Assembly (NCBI GenBank): GCA_012514175.1
Contig: JAAZAU010000012.1
Span: forward strand, 110,897 to 174,896
Source of the DNA: Parcubacteria group bacterium
GTDB taxonomy: Bacteria; Patescibacteriota; Minisyncoccia; Phycocordibacterales; WO2-35-19
Direction: 5' to 3'
DNA length: 64,000 nucleotides
The notes under the pieces were generated by a model. The model made no database searches. It was not told the DNA's origin and saw only the letters and a program-made list of their open reading frames with translations. A program made the position numbers and the translations under genes. How positions within the stretch are numbered: position 1 is the first letter of the stretch; every line of letters starts with the position of its first letter. Shown piece by piece: positions 20,160-29,137 of the stretch.

Positions 20160-21038
20160 ATGCTAAAAAATAAATGTTTTGAATTTCTATCCTGTCCTAT
20201 AGATGGAAGCGACATGGTCTCTTTAGGAAAAAGTGTTTGTTGTGTAAATAAACACTCTTTTGACGTATCAAAAGAAGGATATATAAATATGCTAACGAGC
20301 GATAAACGCTTCAAACAGAAAATAGGTGACGTAAAAGATATGCTACTAGCAAGGTCTAATTTTCTACAAAGCGGATACTACAATTTTCTTTCAGAAGAAA
20401 TAAATAAAATAGCAATAAGATATTTACAAAATAATAACAATAAAGATGGCTGTATTTTAGAAGTAGGTTGTGGCACTGCTTTTTATCTAAAAAGATTAAA
20501 AGACAACATAGATAATGATTTAAAAAAAGAATTTTGCTATTTTGGGACTGATATATCAAAAGAAGCAATCAAAATCTCAGCAAAAAAATATAAAGACATA
20601 AATTTCATAGTTGCAGATACTTACTTTAAAATTCCTATAAAAAACAAAACTGTAAAAATTATTTTAAATATATTTTCTCCCAGAAATCCGGAAGAATTTT
20701 CAAGATTATTAGACGATAAAGGGATTATAATAACAGTGATTCCAAACGAAAATCATCTTAACGAACTTATAGAAAAATTCGGACTAGTAAAAGTCGAACA
20801 AGAAAAGAAAAAACATCTAATGGACGCTCTTGATGGTCAATTTGACAAAATAGAAGACTATAATTTTACGAAGAAAATTTCTTTAAAATCTAATTCTATC
20901 ATAGACTTAATTAAAATGGGACCAAGCTATAAATGTCTAAATGATAAAAAAATAATAAACATAAAAAATATGAACAAAAATTTATTAGAAGTAACTGCTT
21001 CTTTCAATATCTTAGTTTTTGTTTCAAAAAGCCGGTAA
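20160..21038 (+). CDS. RlmA-family 23S rRNA m1G745/m1G748 methyltransferase
   Basis: CPID..C.NKHSFD.SKEGYIN zinc-binding region, ARSNFLQSGYY, LEVGCG, GTDISK, IFSPRN.EEF, HLNEL. Confidence 0.85.
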   Translation: MLKNKCFEFLSCPIDGSDMVSLGKSVCCVNKHSFDVSKEGYINMLTSDKRFKQKIGDVKDMLLARSNFLQSGYYNFLSEEINKIAIRYLQNNNNKDGCILEVGCGTAFYLKRLKDNIDNDLKKEFCYFGTDISKEAIKISAKKYKDINFIVADTYFKIPIKNKTVKIILNIFSPRNPEEFSRLLDDKGIIITVIPNENHLNELIEKFGLVKVEQEKKKHLMDALDGQFDKIEDYNFTKKISLKSNSIIDLIKMGPSYKCLNDKKIINIKNMNKNLLEVTASFNILVFVSKSR

Positions 21039-21061
21039 CCAATACAACTGGTTACCGGCTT
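21029..21061. terminator. Hairpin between convergent genes
   Basis: aagccggtaacca-N7-tggttaccggctt. Confidence 0.75.
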
Positions 21062-21078
21062 GATAAGTAATGACTTTT

Positions 21079-21294
21079 CTAAGACATTTCAAATTCGTTG
21101 TCTTTGACACCTTTCGAAAATGCCTGCCATTCACCACGTGAAAAACACAAAACTGAACCTTCTGGATTCTTGGAATCCCGAACGAAGACCATCTCATCCT
21201 TGAAAGCCACCTCAACACACCGATTGTGTGTATATTGGGAATAGGATGACTTTCGGAAATTCAACCCTTCGATATTCTGCACATTCTTGCTCAT
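21079..21294 (-). CDS. DUF397 family protein
   Basis: FRKSSYS..CVEVA..VFVRDSKNPEGSVL.F.R.EW.AF..GVK..EF matches the DUF397 consensus. Confidence 0.88.
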   Translation of the reverse strand: MSKNVQNIEGLNFRKSSYSQYTHNRCVEVAFKDEMVFVRDSKNPEGSVLCFSRGEWQAFSKGVKDNEFEMS

Positions 21295-21297
21295 AAC

Positions 21298-22110
21298 TTA
21301 TCCCTCCTGAGAAACAATGTTGTGATATTGTTTCCAGATTTGTAAGTATTTTTGGTAAGACCCCACGTTCTGTTTTATAACAAAACGATTTATATTGTCT
21401 CTCTCATCTCCTTTCTCACTTTCTAAATCATTTATAAGTCTTAATACTTCATTTGGTTTTGGCCCAGAAAAATGAACCAGTCTTGCATTAGGATTGAAAC
21501 CCCACCAAGGTTTCCAGTCATATTCAGGTGATAAGTTATCCCATTTTTGAGAATAAAATGTATTCCACGCTCCTTGACTACAAGGACCATGTCCTGCAAA
21601 AGAAAAATCAAAATTGTGCGAAATCAGATGTTTAACAAATTTATCGTAATCCTCCCTTAATCTTTGAAGATTTAACACCATTACTCCAGTACTCACAAAT
21701 GTCCAATCCAACACATCCCAATCTGGTGGTGCAGAAAAGTATCTAGGTTTATGGTCAAATTCCAAATTGTTCATAACCATAATATCTGCATCAAGATATA
21801 TCGCGTACTCATCATCGATACTGTTTGCTTTGAAAGCATTAGCTGTTTCAATACACAAATAAGCTCCAGCACAATAATCGAAAGATTTATTACCTGTATA
21901 TGTCATTTCAATTTCTTCCAAAAACGGAACCTGCCATCTAATACAAGGTACCTTGCGATTATAGAGCCAAGACATAAAGCTAATATCCTGACCGTCATAC
22001 AAACAACATACATCAACATTAGAATTTAATTGTGCTGTTAATACCAAGACCTTAGCCATCTCGATATAAGTAGGATCTCTATCAGTTACCGTAAATACAC
22101 ATTTCATCAT
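21298..22110 (-). CDS. Glycosyltransferase, GT8-like
   Basis: YLDAD (DxD), STGVMVLNL, SQGAWN, LVHFSGPKP. Confidence 0.82.
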   Translation of the reverse strand: MMKCVFTVTDRDPTYIEMAKVLVLTAQLNSNVDVCCLYDGQDISFMSWLYNRKVPCIRWQVPFLEEIEMTYTGNKSFDYCAGAYLCIETANAFKANSIDDEYAIYLDADIMVMNNLEFDHKPRYFSAPPDWDVLDWTFVSTGVMVLNLQRLREDYDKFVKHLISHNFDFSFAGHGPCSQGAWNTFYSQKWDNLSPEYDWKPWWGFNPNARLVHFSGPKPNEVLRLINDLESEKGDERDNINRFVIKQNVGSYQKYLQIWKQYHNIVSQEG

Positions 22111-22226
22111 CTTCTTCTCCCAATATTTTTAAAATTGTAAAACAACAATTACATCCAATTTAGATTGGATTATATAAATCACAAATAGTCAAATACAGAA
22201 ATTACCATTTAGATCACATTCGGAAA

Positions 22227-22271
22227 TTTAGGTCATGGCACCACTTTTACCATTGAATTACCTTTGGAAAA
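22227..22271 (+). repeat. Direct repeat copy 2
   Basis: Duplicate of 20017-20061, offset 2210 bp. Confidence 0.92.
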
Positions 22272-22299
22272 CAGAAAACAATTTACAAAATAGTCTATA

Positions 22300-22328
22300 T
22301 TGACTTTAAGTGCTAAATTTGCTATAAT
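22300..22328 (+). promoter_or_regulatory. Sigma70-type promoter
   Basis: TTGACT-17 nt-TATAAT with extended TG. Confidence 0.65.
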
Positions 22329-22420
22329 TAGGGGTAGTGCTTCTCATAGAAATCAAAAAAGAGCCTCATCAGCTCTTTTTTATTTAGGAAAATATTCAAA
22401 AAAATGCTATTTTATAAAAG

Positions 22421-22681
22421 ATGAAAGTTTATGTGAAAGCCAAAACCAGAGCAAAGGAAGAAAAAATTGATCCAGCCACGCTGGAGTTGTGGCAAGCAAA
22501 GAAAAATCACGATTCTTCTGATTTAAACTGGTTAACTGTATCTGTTAAAGAACCACCAACCCAAGGTCAAGCCAACATAGCAATAATGAAAGCGTTGGCA
22601 AAATTTTTTGGCGTTTCCAGTTTTCAAGTGCGCTTGGTTTCGGGCTTTTCCTCCAAACAAAAGGTTTTTGAAATTTCATAA
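22421..22681 (+). CDS. DUF167 (YggU-like) protein
   Basis: VSVKEPP..GQAN..LAKFFGV..V.LVSG.SSK.K. Confidence 0.85.
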   Translation: MKVYVKAKTRAKEEKIDPATLELWQAKKNHDSSDLNWLTVSVKEPPTQGQANIAIMKALAKFFGVSSFQVRLVSGFSSKQKVFEIS

Positions 22682-22697
22682 AAAGAATGGTAGGATA

Positions 22698-23939
22698 ATG
22701 AATAATATGGATCCATTAAAAAATTTACAGGACAGAGGATTTGTAAAAAATTGCTCAAACGAGTCTGCTTTGCGCGAAAAAATCACCAAAGAACCAATAA
22801 CTTTTTACGTGGGTTTTGATGCTACTGCCGACAGTTTGCACGTAGGTCACTTAATGCCCATTATGGCCGTTGCCCATCTTCAAAAAGCGGGGCATATTCC
22901 TATTTTGGTAGTTGGTGGTGGCACAACCCTCATCGGCGATCCCAGCGGTAGGACCGAAATGAGAAAAATGCTTTCTCTTGAAACCATTATGCATAATGCT
23001 GAACAAGTCCAAAAACAACTCAGTAAATTTATTTCTTTTGAAGACCAAAAAGGCATGTTTCAAAACAACCTAGAATGGTTAGCAGATTTAAAATACATTG
23101 AGTTCCTTAGAGATGTTGGTAAATATTTCAGAGTTAATGAAATGATAAAATCTGAGGCTTACAGACTACGCTTAGAAAGACAAGATGGTCTTTCGTTTAT
23201 TGAATTTAACTACCAACTTTTGCAAGCTTATGATTTCTTAATGCTGAACGATAAATACGGTTGCGTTTTACAAATTGGCGGTGATGATCAGTGGGGCAAC
23301 ATCGTAGCGGGGGTGAGTCTCATCAGGCAAATGAGACAAAAAGAAGTTTACGCTCTCACTTTTCCATTATTAGAAACAGCAAGTGGTAAAAAAATGGGGA
23401 AGACCGAAGCTGGTGCAGTCTGGTTTGACGCTCTGAAAACTTCACCTTTTGAATATTATCAATATTGGATCAACACTGATGACAGAGATGTGATTAAATT
23501 TTTGAAATTTTTCACTTTCTTGTCTTTAGACGAAATCGCAGAAATGGAAAAACTTACCGGCGCCGACATCCGTCAAGCTAAAGAGACACTCGCTTTTGAA
23601 GCCACTAAAATCGCCCACGGTGAAGAAGAAGCAAAAAAAGCTATGGAAGCTTCTAGATCACTTTTCGGCTCTGATGTAAAAGATCACGAAAACATCCCTA
23701 GTAAACAAGTAGAAAAAAAATTATTTGAAAAAGGTATCTCGGTTGTTGATTTATTTTGTATAGCAGGATTAGCCACAAGCAAAACCGCATCACGAAAACT
23801 TATTGAACAAGGGGGCGCATACATAGAAAATGAACGTGTCACATCAGCTGAAAAAATCATCACCGAAAAAGACCTGGTTGATAACTCCATTCTTTTAAGA
23901 CAAGGCAAGAAAAATTATATTAAAGTAGTTTTGAAATAA
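22698..23939 (+). CDS. tyrS: Tyrosine--tRNA ligase
   Basis: YVGFDATADSLHVGH, QIGGDDQWGN, KMGKT, C-terminal S4 domain; start reassigned to ATG 22698. Confidence 0.97.
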   Translation: MNNMDPLKNLQDRGFVKNCSNESALREKITKEPITFYVGFDATADSLHVGHLMPIMAVAHLQKAGHIPILVVGGGTTLIGDPSGRTEMRKMLSLETIMHNAEQVQKQLSKFISFEDQKGMFQNNLEWLADLKYIEFLRDVGKYFRVNEMIKSEAYRLRLERQDGLSFIEFNYQLLQAYDFLMLNDKYGCVLQIGGDDQWGNIVAGVSLIRQMRQKEVYALTFPLLETASGKKMGKTEAGAVWFDALKTSPFEYYQYWINTDDRDVIKFLKFFTFLSLDEIAEMEKLTGADIRQAKETLAFEATKIAHGEEEAKKAMEASRSLFGSDVKDHENIPSKQVEKKLFEKGISVVDLFCIAGLATSKTASRKLIEQGGAYIENERVTSAEKIITEKDLVDNSILLRQGKKNYIKVVLK

Positions 23940-23945
23940 AACAAG

Positions 23946-23978
23946 AAAAAAGAAGCGTCCTCCAAGCGCTTCTTTTTT
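23946..23978. terminator. Bidirectional terminator
   Basis: aaaaaagaagcg-N9-cgcttctttttt. Confidence 0.8.
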
Positions 23979-23997
23979 GATAAGAACAAAAGAACAA

Positions 23998-24546
23998 TTA
24001 ATTTTTCTTTTTCCTAATTGAGATTTTGGCAGTTTTGGATTTGGTAAAAAATTCAATATCGGGATCTAACCAAACCTTATTACAAATTTCCAAAATCTCA
24101 TCCAAAGAAAGATTATCAAACAACAAAATCCAAGCGCACAACTTTTTGGCTTCGGACTTACTGTTTATGTTGGTCAAATTTATTACTTGTCTCAAACTTT
24201 TAGAGTTAAATAATTTGTTGCGTCTACTTTTTTGGTGAGACTCCAAAAGATTTAAGACAATTTGTCTGGCCATCAAAACAGCTTTGCCTTCACCAAATTT
24301 TTTCCAATACTTTTCCAATTTGAAGGCCACTTTTTCGTTAGGATACCTGTCAAAAAGCAGGTTCCAAGCTTGGTGATGTTCCGCTGAAACAAAAGATATA
24401 TTTCTGTCGGAATCATCACCTCCGTCTTCTCTTCGTTTGCGGTGGTGGATTGTATAACCAGTTGGTGCGCTTATTCCCACGCCTTTCCTCCTTGGTTGGT
24501 GTTTGTCTTTCCACAATATACCCCCATTTTTAAGAAAATCAAACAA
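23998..24546 (-). CDS. HNH-like protein
   Basis: TIHHRKRREDGGDDSDRNISFVSAEHH resembles an HNH motif; start uncertain. Confidence 0.55.
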   Translation of the reverse strand: MFDFLKNGGILWKDKHQPRRKGVGISAPTGYTIHHRKRREDGGDDSDRNISFVSAEHHQAWNLLFDRYPNEKVAFKLEKYWKKFGEGKAVLMARQIVLNLLESHQKSRRNKLFNSKSLRQVINLTNINSKSEAKKLCAWILLFDNLSLDEILEICNKVWLDPDIEFFTKSKTAKISIRKKKN

Positions 24547-24569
24547 ATAAAGTTTGTTAGAATACTTTT

Positions 24570-26219
24570 ATGACCCAAAAAGAAGCCTTGGACATCCTAA
24601 AAACTGGAAGAAACGTGTTTTTAACTGGCGCCGCAGGTTCCGGCAAAACTCACGTTTTACGCGAATATATTGCTTATTTAAAAGACTTAGACGCTAATAT
24701 CGGCATCACTGCCTCAACAGGCATCGCGGCGACTCATATGGGCGGAACTACCATACATTCGTGGAGCGGTATTGGTATCAGAGATTCTCTTTCTAAAAGT
24801 GAAATCAAAGAAATCGCCGAAAAAAGACAGGTCAGAAAAACCGTGCAAGACGCTTCAGTTTTAATCATAGACGAGATTTCTATGTTACATCATTTTAGAC
24901 TAGACCTTATAGATTCTGTAATCAGGGAAGTTAAAAATTGTAACGAATCTTTTGGTGGTATGCAGGTAGTTTTTTGTGGTGATTTTTTTCAATTACCACC
25001 AGTCAGAAAAGCGGGCGGACCAGAAACTTTATTTGCTTATCATTCTGAAACTTGGAAAAATCTTAATCTTAAAATTTGTTATCTTTCCGAACAACACCGT
25101 CAAAACGATTTGGATTATTTAAAAATATTAAATGCGGTTAGAGAATCTTCGGTGTCTGAGGAAATTATAGAAACCTTAAAAACCAGATTCCATCAAAACA
25201 TCCCAACAGAACCAACCAAACTTTATTCTCATAATCGCGATGTTAATTCTGAAAATGAAAACGAACTGAATAAAATACCAGGTAAAACTTTTGAATATGA
25301 AATGCGTGAGATGGGACGCCAAAGCATCATAAAATCTTTGAAAAAAAGTTGCTTGGCGCCGGAAACTCTAAAACTAAAAGTGGGCGCTAAGGTGATGTTT
25401 GTAAAAAATAATTTTGAACAAGGTTATGTTAATGGCACCTTGGGCACTGTTATAAAATGTGGTTATGAAGAGATAACAGTTCAAACATTTTCTGGCAAAA
25501 CTATTGATGTTGAGAGAGAAACTTGGGTGATAGAAGAAGATGGCAAAATCAAAGCGGAAATAAACCAGTATCCTTTGCGATTAGCCTGGGCTATTACCGT
25601 TCATAAAAGCCAGGGTATGTCTCTAGATTCGGCTCTGATAGATTTATCACGTTCTTTTGAAAGAGGAATGGGTTATGTGGCGCTTTCCCGGGTGCGTTCT
25701 TTAGAAGGACTTTTTTTGAAAGGATTTAACTATATGGCATTGCAGATCAATGAAGAAGTTCTTGAACAAGACAAAAAATTTAAAGAATATTCTAAAACCA
25801 ATTCTTTCCACATAAGAACAATGGGGGAGAAAAAACTTTCCCAAATGCATCAAGAATTTGCTAAAAAAATAAAGGGGGTTCGCTCCGCTAAAGCAACACG
25901 AAATAAAGAAAAAACTACTGTGGAACAAACTAAAGATTTGCTTGATGAAGGCAAAGGTCTAAAAGAAATTGCTAAAATTAGAGGCCTGAAACTCGGCACG
26001 ATTTTGGATCATATAGAACAAATAAAAAAACAAGATAACAACTACAATATTTACAATCTCCGAAACAGCATCACGAAAAATAAATTCAAAGAAATTTATA
26101 ACGCTTTTCGCAAAAATGGCATAAGTGAAGGTGGTGTTTACCATTTAGCGCCAGTCAAAAACCTTCTCGGTCCAAAATATTCTTATGACGATTTGCGATT
26201 AGTGCGATTGTTTTTGTAA
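24570..26219 (+). CDS. Pif1-family 5'-3' helicase with C-terminal HTH
   Basis: GAAGSGKT, TASTGIAA, IIDEISM, GDFFQLPP, PLRLAWAITVHKSQG, YVALSRV. Confidence 0.92.
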   Translation: MTQKEALDILKTGRNVFLTGAAGSGKTHVLREYIAYLKDLDANIGITASTGIAATHMGGTTIHSWSGIGIRDSLSKSEIKEIAEKRQVRKTVQDASVLIIDEISMLHHFRLDLIDSVIREVKNCNESFGGMQVVFCGDFFQLPPVRKAGGPETLFAYHSETWKNLNLKICYLSEQHRQNDLDYLKILNAVRESSVSEEIIETLKTRFHQNIPTEPTKLYSHNRDVNSENENELNKIPGKTFEYEMREMGRQSIIKSLKKSCLAPETLKLKVGAKVMFVKNNFEQGYVNGTLGTVIKCGYEEITVQTFSGKTIDVERETWVIEEDGKIKAEINQYPLRLAWAITVHKSQGMSLDSALIDLSRSFERGMGYVALSRVRSLEGLFLKGFNYMALQINEEVLEQDKKFKEYSKTNSFHIRTMGEKKLSQMHQEFAKKIKGVRSAKATRNKEKTTVEQTKDLLDEGKGLKEIAKIRGLKLGTILDHIEQIKKQDNNYNIYNLRNSITKNKFKEIYNAFRKNGISEGGVYHLAPVKNLLGPKYSYDDLRLVRLFL

Positions 26220-26253
26220 CCTCTTCTGAGTATTTCTATATTTTGCGCAAATC

Positions 26254-26286
26254 AAATCCCGCTGTTTGTTTAAAACAGCGGGATTT
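26254..26286 (+). terminator. Intrinsic terminator
   Basis: aaatcccgctgttt-N5-aaacagcgggattt. Confidence 0.78.
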
Positions 26287-26339
26287 TTTGATAAATTGCT
26301 TTTGTTGTAAGAGAGAGCAAGGTGAGTTATCCTATAGAT

Positions 26340-27194
26340 ATGAAAAATATCAAAATTTGGACAGAAGAGATGGGTGAATACAAACTCTTAGATTCAGGGA
26401 ATAAAGAAAAATTAGAAGAAATCGGGGGTATAAAAATAGTAAGAAACGAGCCGAGAGCTTGGTGGGAACCTGAACTTTCAAAAGAAAAATGGAAAACAGA
26501 ATCATTTTTAAAAAAAGGGGAAGGGTTAGAAGCTGTTATTGATATTGGTTTAGAAGGAATCAAAGCAAAAATAAGATACAAAAAAACCTCCAAACATATC
26601 GGTATTTTTCCAGAACAGTTTCCGCAATGGCAATGGATCTTTAAAAAAATTACAGACACCAAATTACAAACGCCAAACAGAGTAGTGAATGTTTTAAATT
26701 TATTTGGTTATACCGGAATGGCAAGTTTGGTCGCAACAAAAGCTAATGCTAAAGTCACTCACGTAGACGCTTCAAAACCAAGTGTTGATTGGGCAAGAGA
26801 AAATCAAAAACTTTCTAAAATGGAAAAAGCTCCAATAAGATGGGTGGTTGATGATGTGGTTAAATTTATAAAAAAAGAAAAGAACAGAGGTATAAAATAC
26901 GACTGCATCATAATGGACCCGCCAAGTTATGGAAAAGGTCCAAAAGGAGAAGTTTGGAAAATAGAAAAAGAGCTTCCAAATTTACTTTTGGCTTGTAGAG
27001 AAATTTTAAGCGATCAACCTTTGTTTATAATTTTTAATATGTATTCTACCGAACTCTCTTCAATTTCTGTCGCCAACTTACTTTCTGAAATAACAAAAGA
27101 TTTGGGGGGCACCATTGAATCTGGCGAACTTGCCCTTAAGACCACAAATTCCAACCGTCTTCTGCCTATGTCTATTTTCGCTTTATGGAATTAA
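26340..27194 (+). CDS. SAM-dependent methyltransferase (RlmI/RlmK-related)
   Basis: HIGIFPEQ, VLNLFGYTG, HVDAS, IIMDPPSYG. Confidence 0.88.
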   Translation: MKNIKIWTEEMGEYKLLDSGNKEKLEEIGGIKIVRNEPRAWWEPELSKEKWKTESFLKKGEGLEAVIDIGLEGIKAKIRYKKTSKHIGIFPEQFPQWQWIFKKITDTKLQTPNRVVNVLNLFGYTGMASLVATKANAKVTHVDASKPSVDWARENQKLSKMEKAPIRWVVDDVVKFIKKEKNRGIKYDCIIMDPPSYGKGPKGEVWKIEKELPNLLLACREILSDQPLFIIFNMYSTELSSISVANLLSEITKDLGGTIESGELALKTTNSNRLLPMSIFALWN

Positions 27195-27202
27195 AAAAGA
27201 AA

Positions 27203-27227
27203 AGGTCCGAGGTAAAACCTCGGACCT
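27203..27227. terminator. Hairpin between convergent genes
   Basis: aggtccgaggt-aaa-acctcggacct. Confidence 0.75.
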
Positions 27228-27247
27228 GAAAATTTTAATTTTAGAAA

Positions 27248-28516
27248 TCACTGACGAACAACGTAGACACGTTTTCCATCTGCGTCTAACGAGACATCAA
27301 TGAAAGCTACAATATACGGACGGCTATCGCCAGCACTTCCATGACTTTCACTTAAATCCTGTATGAAAGTTCTAGTTTTACCGTCGGATGTGCTAATTTG
27401 AATCTGAGCCGTTTCTGGGCCATAACCACGGTAATAATTCACGCCCACTTGATATGTGCCTAAACCATCGCTTCCACAAGGGACGTAATAATGTTCAGGT
27501 CCAAAACCGGTAACATCGTCCAAATCCAAATACCCGAAAGATCCAGTCATATTCCAATAATACACATGGTTACCGTCGGGCTCAAAGATGTGCAGATCCA
27601 CATCTGGTTCAGCTCCCCACGTAAGCGTAACGGTAATAGCTCCACTACCAAGATAGGTATATGGAAAGACCATATCCACGATTCTGGAAGCCAAATCTTC
27701 GTCAATCAATCTTCTGCTAACCAATTTACTTGAAAAATATGATTCAATAAACTGGTGGTTAGAAAAATCTCTATGATCCCCAAAAATACCTGGATCATTA
27801 TCCACATTGGAGTCAAGCACGGGAAACAGGGCTCTAAGCGCATTAATCACTCGGTCGTCATGGGCAGTGTAATAGGTGCTATCGCCATAAAGCAACTTTG
27901 CTGGCGAAGCCACTCCAATCATACCGATGCTTTGGGGAAACTCATTTGACAGAGCTGCCATCGCGTCATTAGCAAACATATTGCCTTGACTATGAGCGAC
28001 CAACAAAACTCTTTTACCTTCCAAAAGATCAGTCTCATATTTTTGGATGAGAGCCGAAGAGTTAACTTCGGCAGTAATCCTAGCGGCCAAAAATTCCTCA
28101 ATAGTGAGAATAATCGGTTGAGCCTCAGGTGGAAAAAGAAGCTGGACGTTTCGCAAACTCATATACATCGCAAAATAAACTTCAGGTGAAGTTCGCGAAA
28201 CCTGTGGAGCGTTGATTTCAACTATCTTTTGACCGATAACCTCAATAACATCCCGAACTTTGTCCACGTGATAGTTGTAAGCTAATTTGAACTCAAAAAC
28301 TTGATCTGGGTAGATAGTTTTGAGAGTTTCTGCATATGCTTTTACAAGCGCAACTCTACCCATCTCCGCTTGGTCTACCGTGTTCCAAACACCATTAACA
28401 AAATAGATCGCAGTGGTTTTAGCGTTGGAACAAAAATCCACTGATGTTTGTCCTGTGTTAGGACAAACGGCAAGCAAAGCAAAAGCGAAAACACCACAAA
28501 GAAGTTTAACTTTCAC
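27248..28516 (-). CDS. Secreted lipase-like alpha/beta hydrolase with C-terminal YfaP/DUF2135-like domain
   Basis: Signal peptide, FVNGVWN, VAHSQGN nucleophile, TLTWGAEPDVDLH..EPDG..LDLDD..GFGPE; SD AAGGTGG with GTG start. Confidence 0.72.
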   Translation of the reverse strand: MKVKLLCGVFAFALLAVCPNTGQTSVDFCSNAKTTAIYFVNGVWNTVDQAEMGRVALVKAYAETLKTIYPDQVFEFKLAYNYHVDKVRDVIEVIGQKIVEINAPQVSRTSPEVYFAMYMSLRNVQLLFPPEAQPIILTIEEFLAARITAEVNSSALIQKYETDLLEGKRVLLVAHSQGNMFANDAMAALSNEFPQSIGMIGVASPAKLLYGDSTYYTAHDDRVINALRALFPVLDSNVDNDPGIFGDHRDFSNHQFIESYFSSKLVSRRLIDEDLASRIVDMVFPYTYLGSGAITVTLTWGAEPDVDLHIFEPDGNHVYYWNMTGSFGYLDLDDVTGFGPEHYYVPCGSDGLGTYQVGVNYYRGYGPETAQIQISTSDGKTRTFIQDLSESHGSAGDSRPYIVAFIDVSLDADGKRVYVVRQ

Positions 28517-28539
28517 TATCGCACCACCTTTCTTTTCGT

Positions 28540-29061
28540 TTATTCGCAGGGATTTTCTTCTTGGTCAGAACCGTAAAAACCACCACTAAGCAACGCGTTG
28601 AAATTTTGGTAGGCTTTGTTTCGGTTAGGATCACCTTTGAGCATTTCCACTTCCAAAAGCGATGATTCTTCATACATACCCTCTATGCTACCAGTTCTCT
28701 CAAACAAACAATAATTACCTTTACTGATAGCAGCTCTACCCGCTTGAGCAGCACTGTCATCTCCAGCATTGCCAGCGTAAACACCGGTTTGCAAAGCTTT
28801 GGCTTTTTGTCTTAGCGCAGACTGCATAACCGCGCTGTCTGGGTATCGGTCTACAATATATTTATCAAGATCATCCCAAACTCCGTTAGCGTCATCGTCA
28901 TAACCAAAACCATCGTAAGTGCTCTGCGAGGGATTGTTGGTGCCACCAGTATTGGTCGTTTTGGTGTTAGTGGCTTTTTTAGATCCACCAAAACCACAAC
29001 CCAATAAAACAATGCTCAACAAAAGCACGATCGGCAAACAAATAAGCAACGGTTTTTTCAT
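28540..29061 (-). CDS. Lipoprotein-like protein, paralogue A (immunity-like)
   Basis: LLGC lipobox; DDDANGVWDDLDKYI motif; SD AAGGAG. Confidence 0.7.
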   Translation of the reverse strand: MKKPLLICLPIVLLLSIVLLGCGFGGSKKATNTKTTNTGGTNNPSQSTYDGFGYDDDANGVWDDLDKYIVDRYPDSAVMQSALRQKAKALQTGVYAGNAGDDSAAQAGRAAISKGNYCLFERTGSIEGMYEESSLLEVEMLKGDPNRNKAYQNFNALLSGGFYGSDQEENPCE

Positions 29062-29137
29062 AAATTTCTCCTTTTAGCTGTTAATTGATTGATTTCTCAA
29101 GGTGCGAGACCTAGCCCTGAGTATAACTTATTTTCAT

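Noticed and set aside
22306-22317. CIRCE half-site (AAGTGCTAA)
   Set aside because: No matching TTAGCACTC arm and not upstream of chaperone genes
22608-22697. N-terminal extension of TyrS
   Set aside because: Overlaps the DUF167 gene; ATG 22698 or 22707 fits better
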